The translations under genes and the position numbers were made by a program. Shown one piece after another: positions 1 through 7,041 of a DNA stretch of 29,416 bases. The notes beneath the pieces are model-generated. The model saw only the letters and a list, made by a program, of their open reading frames with translations, made no database searches and was not told where the DNA came from. Positions within the stretch are counted from its first letter, which is position 1. Every line of letters starts with the position of its first letter. Origin of the DNA: a virus (lineage: Duplodnaviria > Caudoviricetes); the IMG/VR virus record IMGVR_UViG_3300032259_000014, positions 1-29,416 of that record, one strand, 5' to 3'.

Positions 1-23
1 GAACGCGGTTACCCAACAACTTA

Positions 24-710
24 GCTCTCGATAGCTGGGTCGCACGGCTGCTTTGTGCCCGCGTGCCGTTTCGCGTGCCTGCGCTTCGCAGGTCCCATCT
101 GAGTGCGGGTCGCACCGCTTCGGTGCGGGGACCCGCCCAGATGGCACGTGAAATGGCGCGTGGAATAGTACAAAGCTAGCGAGTGCGGGGCCCCAGCTTG
201 CGCGAGCAGTCAAGGTGGAGATGTGAAGGACGAAGGACTGAGCATACTACCTTGACGGCTCGGTAGGATGCGCGGGACCAGAGAGAGAGATTGTCCGTAG
301 ACCGTAATACCGCACGTGGCGTGACGGGCGGTCCCGAGTCGGGTAGTACGCTGCTTCAGCGTACTGGGACCCGACATTCTCCGCTTCGGAGGATGGGGCC
401 GCACGTCGCGGTTACGAGGGTCCACTTTGTCAGCTGTAGGGCTCCAAGCCCTGCAGGTGGCAAGCGCCTTGCGGGTAGCACGTGCTTCACGTGCTGGGCC
501 CCGCTGGCGCATCGTGGACCGTTTCTTTCTAAGTACAGCTTTGCTGTACTGCGGACGCTGCGAGTAGCAGCGTACAGGATACAACACATAGATACTCTGT
601 CCACAGCTGATAGGCTGTGACCCACTGCTTAAGCTTAAACATAGTAGCAGCAGCGAAGGCAGCAGGCTGTTAGGAGCATGTAGCACTATGTAGGGAGAAC
701 AACAAGCAGT
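24..710 (+). ncRNA. Large, highly structured non-coding element (candidate ncRNA or folded ssDNA) of unknown family
   Basis: Nested helices read directly. Domain 1: 33-39/192-198, 41-45/183-187, 50-58/168-176, 59-77/145-163 (19 bp, 4 G.U), 78-92, 95-101/138-144, 105-136. Hairpin 204-261. Closing helices 275-283/595-602 and 293-300/549-556. Domain 3: 320-326/404-410, 328-335/395-402, 338-375, 377-393. Domain 4: 419-425/514-520, 427-463, 464-510. Later hairpins: 532-550, 555-573, 602-619, 624-630/704-710, 639-645/685-691. Non-Watson-Crick positions are G.U on the + strand. The ORFs here have no RBS and no protein-like composition. Confidence 0.7.
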
Positions 711-798
711 TGCGAAGACCCATGAAGGTAAGTCGGCGACGAGCGTAGCGAGGAGACATACGTACAGGAAATTCCCAGAAACCCCAAAATCCCAGCTA

Positions 799-927
799 AT
801 GATACATTTTCGGGTCCATATGTATCATCTAGACGGAAATACAGTAGGTAACCCCCTATATGGTAACTAGTTACCGGAAAGGAAAGGACCCCCTATATAT
901 AGGGGGGTCCTTTCCGGTTTCCTCCGG
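799..927. promoter_or_regulatory. Cluster of palindromes and inverted repeats; candidate replication origin or protein-binding region
   Basis: Inverted repeat ATGATACAT(799-807)/ATGTATCAT(820-828). Perfect palindrome GGTAACTAGTTACC (862-875). Near-perfect palindrome GGAAAGGACCCCC-TATATATA-GGGGGGTCCTTTCC (881-915). Direct repeat ACCCCCTATAT (851-861, 888-898). Locally AT-rich and upstream of the helicase operon. Confidence 0.45.
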
Positions 928-1019
928 CCGTTCTTTTCTTACCAGAAATCTTTTCCGGAAAGGGAATAAACCGCAGGTCAGGGGCGTTATACTAGTTGAA
1001 ATCTACTGGAGAGAGAGAT

Positions 1020-1169
1020 ATGACTTTTCTTGAAAACGCCAAGTACTTCTTCGCTGAGGCACAGCAACATTTCCGGTCCGGTGAGTGGAGAGAGGCTGAG
1101 GTGGCTACGCAGCTCAGTATGGTGGCGCTGCATATACATCAGGACCTTGCGGGGCACGAGGTGACATGA
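1020..1169 (+). CDS. Small hypothetical protein, 49 aa (MTFLENAKYFFAEAQQHFRSGEWREAEVATQLSMVALHIHQDLAGHEVT); not in the ORF track
   Basis: Purine-rich GGAGAGAGAG before the ATG, TATACT at 988-993 upstream, and a stop overlapping the next start (ATGA at 1166-1169). Confidence 0.6.
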   Translation: MTFLENAKYFFAEAQQHFRSGEWREAEVATQLSMVALHIHQDLAGHEVT

Positions 1170-1327
1170 CTGATACACCAACCATCACCTACGAATGGAA
1201 ACCTTGGCGGTGGCGATGGCAAACCTTCGTGTCACCGTCGGGGCAGTTCATTATGAAATGGAGGGGGCCGTTCGTGTGGTCAGTGTGGACGGGTCGCAGC
1301 AAATACAAAGAGGTGACCGATGTCTGA
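1166..1327 (+). CDS. Small Trp-rich hypothetical protein, 53 aa (MTDTPTITYEWKPWRWRWQTFVSPSGQFIMKWRGPFVWSVWTGRSKYKEVTDV); not in the ORF track
   Basis: ATGA coupling with the upstream ORF and GAGGTGAC immediately upstream. Its N-terminus is nearly identical to that of the next gene, and its stop overlaps the next gene start. Confidence 0.55.
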   Translation: MTDTPTITYEWKPWRWRWQTFVSPSGQFIMKWRGPFVWSVWTGRSKYKEVTDV

Positions 1328-1727
1328 TACACCAACCCTCACCCTGTACGAGAAATGCAAACACGGGTTCTTGGTAGCACACAAGCTATGGGCACCAGAG
1401 GACGTTGAGGAATGGGAAGAGATGGGCATGTACGAAGTGAAGTGCGCCCGTCCAGATTGTGGGTTAGAGATTGTGCGTCCTGGCAAGACCCAATGTCACC
1501 TTGATCCCGACTGCTCCCTTGAACTCCGTACTCCAATTATTGATTGTCCTGGTGGGCGGGAACGCACCTTCCAACAAGGACACATCCAATGCCTGTCGTG
1601 TGGCGAGAAATGGTCTGCCTTGAAATACGGCAACGACTACGACCCAACAGGGCACCAATGCGCTCCTGGCGAGCAACCCGAGAATCGGTTCGAGCGTGTG
1701 TGGTTGGAGGTGACGCGTGCCTCTTAA
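1320..1727 (+). CDS. Cys-rich putative zinc-binding protein
   Basis: Strong RBS GAGGTGA at 1310. Contains CKH, CARPDC, CHLDPDC, CLSC and HQC motifs. Overlaps the helicase start. Confidence 0.7.
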   Translation: MSDTPTLTLYEKCKHGFLVAHKLWAPEDVEEWEEMGMYEVKCARPDCGLEIVRPGKTQCHLDPDCSLELRTPIIDCPGGRERTFQQGHIQCLSCGEKWSALKYGNDYDPTGHQCAPGEQPENRFERVWLEVTRAS

Positions 1728-2694
1728 CTGGCAGGCTGTATCGGAGCTACTACTTGAGCCCTACGTTGAGCCGCACTGGGCGATTGATGAGTGGCTGGTT
1801 GAGGGTGAGAGTGGACTGGTCATCGGTGAGCCGAAGACGTACAAGTCCACGCTGGCGCTGGACATGGCGGTGAGCTTGGCCACAGGTACGGACTTCATGG
1901 GCATTTATCCGGTAAGAACTGTGAGTCCGGTTCTCTTCATTCAGGAGGAGAACAATATGTCGATTCTCATGCCTCAGCTCTACCAGCTGATGGAGAGGGC
2001 CGGGCACGGGCACCAAGCTCTGCGGGCTGTGGACACGGGGTTCGAGAAAGTGTGGGTGCCGCTTGAGGACGCGCCGGAGCTGCCGCTCTATATGTCGGTG
2101 CGCGCGGGCTGGCAGGCCGACAAGGCCAGCATGGGTATGGTGGTCAACAAGGCCAACGAGATCGGGGCGGGGTACGTGTTCATCGATCCGCTCTACAAGA
2201 TCAACCCTTCCGGGTTCACACAGCCGGACGATGTGGCGCCTGTGCTCCACACGCTGAGTACGATTGAGAATGAGACAGATGCGAGCGTGGTGCTAGTGCA
2301 CCACGCTAACAAGGGTAACACTGCCGGGGGCAAACGAATTCTAGGGTCACAGCTGATCTGGGCCTGGGGCGCCAACAACATCTACATCGAGAAGAAGACA
2401 AAGACCAACGGGCAGAAGTACTTGTACGTACAGCGTGAGTTTCGTGGTAAGCCGGAGCCGGACGATATTCATGTTCGCTTTGAGGAAGACTTTCACTGGG
2501 ACGTCGAGGAAGCAGTTGTAGACGCTACGGGTAAGGCGGTCGGTGGTCGGGCGTCGACGGGGTTCGGGCTCTGGATGGACCTTATGCGTTCTGACGATGA
2601 TTTCCGTAACAGTTCGCAGACCGAGCAGGCAGCCCGTATCAACGTCACCCCAAAGACGATTTACAACTGGCGTCAGAAGTCGGGAATAAAATAA
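1717..2694 (+). CDS. AAA_25 / RSF1010 RepA-like SF4 helicase with C-terminal HTH
   Basis: Walker A GEPKTYKS, VLFIQEE, Walker B VFIDP and LVHHANK motif. C-terminal SQTEQAARINVTPKTIYNWRQK looks like an HTH. RBS GGAGGTGA precedes the GTG. Confidence 0.85.
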   Translation: MPLNWQAVSELLLEPYVEPHWAIDEWLVEGESGLVIGEPKTYKSTLALDMAVSLATGTDFMGIYPVRTVSPVLFIQEENNMSILMPQLYQLMERAGHGHQALRAVDTGFEKVWVPLEDAPELPLYMSVRAGWQADKASMGMVVNKANEIGAGYVFIDPLYKINPSGFTQPDDVAPVLHTLSTIENETDASVVLVHHANKGNTAGGKRILGSQLIWAWGANNIYIEKKTKTNGQKYLYVQREFRGKPEPDDIHVRFEEDFHWDVEEAVVDATGKAVGGRASTGFGLWMDLMRSDDDFRNSSQTEQAARINVTPKTIYNWRQKSGIK

Positions 2695-2891
2695 TGTCTA
2701 ACTATGTTATACTATGTATGAACGCCGTAGACAACCTCGAAAAGGTCCGCAGGTTAATAGGTGCTGTCCTCCTAGGATACCCATGTACTCTGACCGAAGC
2801 GGTGCGGCTGCAAGAGGCACTACTAAAAATTGAGCTAGCCCTGGAGAGTATCAGTGGTAAAAACAACAACGACAGGAAAGGTCCGGGCTAA
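2694..2891 (+). CDS. Small hypothetical protein (possibly a leaderless start at ATG 2718)
   Basis: Helical-looking ORF filling the gap between helicase and terminase. TGnTATACT at 2705-2713 lies just before ATG 2718. Confidence 0.4.
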   Translation: MSNYVILCMNAVDNLEKVRRLIGAVLLGYPCTLTEAVRLQEALLKIELALESISGKNNNDRKGPG

Positions 2892-4716
2892 ATCCTTCAA
2901 GGTTGTCCGTGACCTTCCTGACGTCTACCTCCCGCCGCCCAAAGGGAACAAGGGCACAGCCGCCTGGAAGGTGTGGGCGAAGGAGGCCTTCGTTGAGCTG
3001 CTGCGTAATGGGTACAACATCCAGGACGCGGTGGACTTCCTTGGTGTGTCGCGCGGCTGGTATGAGAAGAATGCTGAGCGGGACGAGGACTGGGGGGAGC
3101 TGACGCGGCAGGTCCGCAGCGGTGACGACCCCGACCGGGACGAGCAGGCCCGCGACTACCCGGACATCTCGTATATGTCGTACCGGGAGTTCGCGCTAGA
3201 CTACCTCGACCTGTCGGTCTACCCTCACCAGGAGCCCATCGTTGAGGCACTGGAAGATGGTAACATCAACAAGCTAATTGTTACGGGCTTCCCGGAGAGC
3301 GGGAAGTCAACGCACATCAGTCTGGGGTACATCCTGTATCGCATCTGCCTCAACCCTGACCTGCGTGTGGCCCTGGTTTCAAAGTCGCAGACCAAGGCTG
3401 AGGACCTCCTGCGACGCCTTAAGCGGTACATGACCGAGGAGCATTTATACGATGAGACTAAGCGCAACCTCATTCAAGACTTCAAGGGGTTTAGGCCGGG
3501 GTCTCACACTGCACACAGATGGGATCAAGAACAGATCACTATTCGTCAGCGTCGTTCCGGGGAAAGGGACCCAACCGTCCAGGCCCTGGGTGTTGGGGCG
3601 CAAATATATGGAGCCCGGATTGACCTTCTGGTTCTGGACGATGCGCTTACCTTGGAGAACCAGCTCACGCCTGAGCGTCGTTCTAAGATCGACTCATGGT
3701 TCCTCCAGGAAGCCTCCTCTCGCGCCCACAAGGGAGAGATAATCGTAGCAGGCACGCGAGTCCACCCGGAAGATAACTTCAAGTCGTGGACCAAGGCCTG
3801 GGAGGGTGACCCCCACACCTCCTTCGTCAAGATTCCCGCCATTCTCGGTGAGGAGTCCGGCGAGGAGACAAGTGTGTGGCCCGAGTACTGGCCGCTCGAC
3901 GGTGAGACGCTCTGGGACGAGTTCAACAAAATGGAGCGCTACCAGAAAGGTATGCGTGACATCCGCAAGGAGATGGAAGCATTAGGAGCATGGAGATGGC
4001 GCCTCGTTTATCAGCAGGAGGACGTCTCCCTAGACGCTTCCGTCTTTTCGCAAGAAGTTATAGATCGGGCCCTGGAGATGGGTGCGCACAGAAGTCTCGG
4101 TCAGGTATTCCCCCAAGAAATCTTGATCCTTGGTGTGGACCCTGCGACGACGGGCCGAGCTGCTGCCGTACTCATGGCCTACGACCCACGGTCCCGTGTT
4201 CGTACCGTCGTAGACCTGTGGGTAGGCGACCGGCTCGGCGCTCAGGGCGTCCGTGACAAGCTGCTCTATCACTTCTGGGAAAAATACAGGCCACAACGAA
4301 CATTAGTGGAGGTTAACTATGCTCCGACGCTCTTGGCTGACGAGGTTCTTCGAAGCCGTGCAGAGGCGGCTGGTACCATCCTTCTCGGACATACAACTAC
4401 CGGGCGAGGACACAAGCGTGGAAACATTAACGATGAAGAGTATGGAATTGGCGCTATGGCCCCACTGTTTGCTGGCGGACTATTCAGCCTTCCCTCCGCT
4501 ACGCCTGGAGACATCAATCGCCTGCAGCCGCTACTTGATGATCTTGCCGCTTTCCCCTATGGTGAGGCGAAAGACGCACTAGTTGGTTTGTGGGTGGCCG
4601 AGGGGGAGACGCGCCTGGTTGCAGCTGCTCAGCCAACCACAGAACAGATCGTGTCTGGTCGTAATTTACCACCCATCCTGGCGAGGCGACTACGGAACCG
4701 GCGTAGTTTATCTTGA
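2854..4716 (+). CDS. terL: Terminase large subunit with N-terminal HTH (small-subunit-like) extension
   Basis: Adenine-binding region YPHQ, Walker A GFPESGKST, Walker B LLVLDD, motif C GTR, RNase H-like LGVDPA and terminal KDALVGLW. Directly upstream of the portal. Confidence 0.92.
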   Translation: MVKTTTTGKVRAKSFKVVRDLPDVYLPPPKGNKGTAAWKVWAKEAFVELLRNGYNIQDAVDFLGVSRGWYEKNAERDEDWGELTRQVRSGDDPDRDEQARDYPDISYMSYREFALDYLDLSVYPHQEPIVEALEDGNINKLIVTGFPESGKSTHISLGYILYRICLNPDLRVALVSKSQTKAEDLLRRLKRYMTEEHLYDETKRNLIQDFKGFRPGSHTAHRWDQEQITIRQRRSGERDPTVQALGVGAQIYGARIDLLVLDDALTLENQLTPERRSKIDSWFLQEASSRAHKGEIIVAGTRVHPEDNFKSWTKAWEGDPHTSFVKIPAILGEESGEETSVWPEYWPLDGETLWDEFNKMERYQKGMRDIRKEMEALGAWRWRLVYQQEDVSLDASVFSQEVIDRALEMGAHRSLGQVFPQEILILGVDPATTGRAAAVLMAYDPRSRVRTVVDLWVGDRLGAQGVRDKLLYHFWEKYRPQRTLVEVNYAPTLLADEVLRSRAEAAGTILLGHTTTGRGHKRGNINDEEYGIGAMAPLFAGGLFSLPSATPGDINRLQPLLDDLAAFPYGEAKDALVGLWVAEGETRLVAAAQPTTEQIVSGRNLPPILARRLRNRRSLS

Positions 4717-4741
4717 CAAACGTAAACCAATGTGGTATACT
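4713..4741 (+). promoter_or_regulatory. sigma70/SigA-type promoter upstream of portal
   Basis: TTGACA (4713-4718), 17-nt spacer, extended TG, TATACT (4736-4741). RBS GGAGGT lies downstream. Confidence 0.8.
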
Positions 4742-4776
4742 ACTGAGGTAATTCCTTCCTCGGAGGTCTTTAGTCC

Positions 4777-6654
4777 GTGAGCACTATGCCCGGAACACTC
4801 GCCACACTGGCGAATGTCACCCCCCACTCTTCGCTATTCCAGCACTCTGATGTAGATAAAAGCTACGAGACGAGCGGCGGTGCCATGCGCTTGGCGGAAG
4901 CCGGGCTCTGGGCCCGTAGGGATATCCTCATTCAAGCCCACCAGTCCTGGAAGGACCGCGTGGCGAACATCACGTCTATTGTTAATGGAGACTGGTATCG
5001 TGTATGGCCTGATCTTACTCGCGAGCCCTCTGCTCCCACTGTCGCGAACACAATTGAGATGGGTATTTCTCACTTTGCTGCTATTGGCGGCAGTATCATA
5101 CCTTCGGTTAGAATCCCCGTCCCACACGCGGAGGGCGGACCCGAAGGATCAAGAGGAGCCGCTAAACGAGAACGACGACTCCGAGAGCTAGAAGCTACCT
5201 CTAACATTTCTAATCTCCTTTCCATGTGGTTTGGAGATTACGCAGGTTCCGGTGCGGTGGCAGGGTTCGTTTGGGCCGATTTTTCGAAGCCCGCCGAGGA
5301 GCGCAACCCTGTCATCCACCGGCTCGACCCCCGACACTACTACCCCGTCAACGACGAGAATGGCAACATCATAGAGTGCCTGGTGGCCCGCAAGGTCAAC
5401 GGGTACGAGCTAGTGCGTCGATTCCCAGAGATAGCTTCTGTCATTCCTATTGACGAAGCCGACATCGAGGAATGGTTCTGGTTTGACGCGGAACGTGTAC
5501 GCCATATCATCGCTGACGTGAGCCCCACGGGCAGGAAGCTGTCCCGTGGCCTGGTTCTTGTCGATGAGGAGAATGAGCTGGGCGTCGTCCCAGTTGTAGA
5601 GCTCAAGCGACCCACCTTCGACGGTGAGCGCCGCGGGATGCATGACCAAACTGTCCACATCCTGCGTGTTCAGCACCACCTGATGTCGCTCACCGTCGAA
5701 AAGACTGAGGAAGAGGTCTACCCCGGCATCGCCTACTATGATGTAGATGGTGCAGAGACCTTCGGCCCCGGCACGGTCATGCGCTACCGGAGCCCCGACG
5801 CGCGGTTCGACCGCTTCACTTCACAGTCCAGTTTTGACGTCAAAGACCTCATTGCCCGCCTGGAGGACCAGGCACGGCAGCAATCCATCTATCCACAGCA
5901 GCTTGGTGGCGAGCCGGGGGCATCGATCGCTTCTGGTAGGGCCATTGGAGCTGCCCAGGGGGCCCTAAACGCCCGCCTGGCTGTGGCCCACAAGCAGTTT
6001 GAGTGGTTCCTAGAGAGGCTGGATGGCCTCGTACTGCGCTTTGATGAGACCTATTGTGATGGAAAGAAGACCATTTATGGGGATCGTCATGACCGATCCA
6101 AGCCCGAAAGCTTCCTTCCATCGAGGGACATCGCCGGAGCTTACGAGGTTACTCGAAGCTACGGTCTGGGCGCAGGCTCTGACCCGACTAACCGAGAAAC
6201 CCGTCTCCAGATGCACCTTGCTGCTGGACTTATTTCACGTTCCCGTTCTCGCGAGGAGCTGGACTTCCTTGAAGACCCGCTGGACGAAGAGAAGCAGATT
6301 TCCAAAGAACAGATGATCGATGCTGTGAACCAAGGTATGCTAGCTGCCGCCTCCCAGGGGGATACGCAGAGCGCCTTGCTGTACTTTAAGCTCCTAAATG
6401 ATCCCGACTTGACCATGGAGGAAGTCCTTATCAAGCTGTTTGAGGAGCAAGAGAAGGCCGCACAAGCGGCGGCATCCGGTGCAGTAGGTGGTGGCGCTCC
6501 CCCTGGAGGAGGTGGAAACCCCCTCGATGCTCTGGTAGGAGCCGAATCTATGGCCTCTGGTGGTGGTCCCGACGCAGCCGGACAACGGCCAGGAGCCTCT
6601 CTCCCCGCACTAAGCGGTATACTTGGCGAAGGCGCCCCAAAGAAGGTAATATAA
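4777..6654 (+). CDS. Portal protein (podovirus/P22-like) with Gly/Pro-rich C-terminal tail
   Basis: Position after terL and size of 625 aa. Portal-like segments include IHRLDPRHYYP, NELGVVPVV and ASIASGRAIGA. Confidence 0.8.
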   Translation: MSTMPGTLATLANVTPHSSLFQHSDVDKSYETSGGAMRLAEAGLWARRDILIQAHQSWKDRVANITSIVNGDWYRVWPDLTREPSAPTVANTIEMGISHFAAIGGSIIPSVRIPVPHAEGGPEGSRGAAKRERRLRELEATSNISNLLSMWFGDYAGSGAVAGFVWADFSKPAEERNPVIHRLDPRHYYPVNDENGNIIECLVARKVNGYELVRRFPEIASVIPIDEADIEEWFWFDAERVRHIIADVSPTGRKLSRGLVLVDEENELGVVPVVELKRPTFDGERRGMHDQTVHILRVQHHLMSLTVEKTEEEVYPGIAYYDVDGAETFGPGTVMRYRSPDARFDRFTSQSSFDVKDLIARLEDQARQQSIYPQQLGGEPGASIASGRAIGAAQGALNARLAVAHKQFEWFLERLDGLVLRFDETYCDGKKTIYGDRHDRSKPESFLPSRDIAGAYEVTRSYGLGAGSDPTNRETRLQMHLAAGLISRSRSREELDFLEDPLDEEKQISKEQMIDAVNQGMLAAASQGDTQSALLYFKLLNDPDLTMEEVLIKLFEEQEKAAQAAASGAVGGGAPPGGGGNPLDALVGAESMASGGGPDAAGQRPGASLPALSGILGEGAPKKVI

Positions 6655-7041
6655 ATGCCCAGCGCAAGTGATATCTCTAGCACAATCGAACCAGGAAGTT
6701 TGGAGTACGGCGACCGCCAGGTGGTGGCCAACCGACTTCAGCAAGCTATTCCATCTCTCCAGGGAGGGGCTACCCCGTCCGGCCCTGCCCCTGGAGCCCC
6801 GGCACCGGGAGCTCCGCAAGACCCCCTAGCTCGCCTTCTGGGGGGAGCCTACAGTTCCGACTTACCGCCAACTGATGGCCTCTCTGTGGGCCCCGGTGCC
6901 GGGCCACCTTCTACGGGGGCGGGGATTGCCTCCAGCCCGCTCATCGAAAAGCTGCGCCTCATCGCTACCGAGGCTAGCAGTCCCCTCCTCCGTACTTATG
7001 CCCGCGCGTCTCTGCGCCGTGAAATACTGAAGAGCGTGTAA
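6655..7041 (+). CDS. Pro/Gly-rich small protein, probable virion component
   Basis: Coupled to the portal stop and to the giant ORF start (TAATG). Contains the motif PPTDGLSVGPGAGP. Confidence 0.65.
   Translation: MPSASDISSTIEPGSLEYGDRQVVANRLQQAIPSLQGGATPSGPAPGAPAPGAPQDPLARLLGGAYSSDLPPTDGLSVGPGAGPPSTGAGIASSPLIEKLRLIATEASSPLLRTYARASLRREILKSV

Noticed and set aside
78-504. CRISPR array or REP/MITE interpretation of the repeated hairpins
   Set aside because: The repeats keep structure rather than sequence, spacing is irregular, and no cas, transposase or HUH gene is in the window.
210-686. ORFs of 89-158 aa on both strands in the first 700 nt
   Set aside because: No RBS and Arg/Pro/Ser-rich non-protein-like composition. 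The sequence is better explained by base-pairing constraints.
24-710. Retron, group I/II intron, tRNA, tmRNA or RNase P identity for the folded element
   Set aside because: No reverse transcriptase or homing nuclease nearby, no interrupted gene, and no cloverleaf or catalytic-core consensus that I could recognise.
1195-1377. 60-aa ORF from the track
   Set aside because: It overlaps the better-supported coupled ORFs 1166-1327 and 1320-1727 and lacks an RBS.
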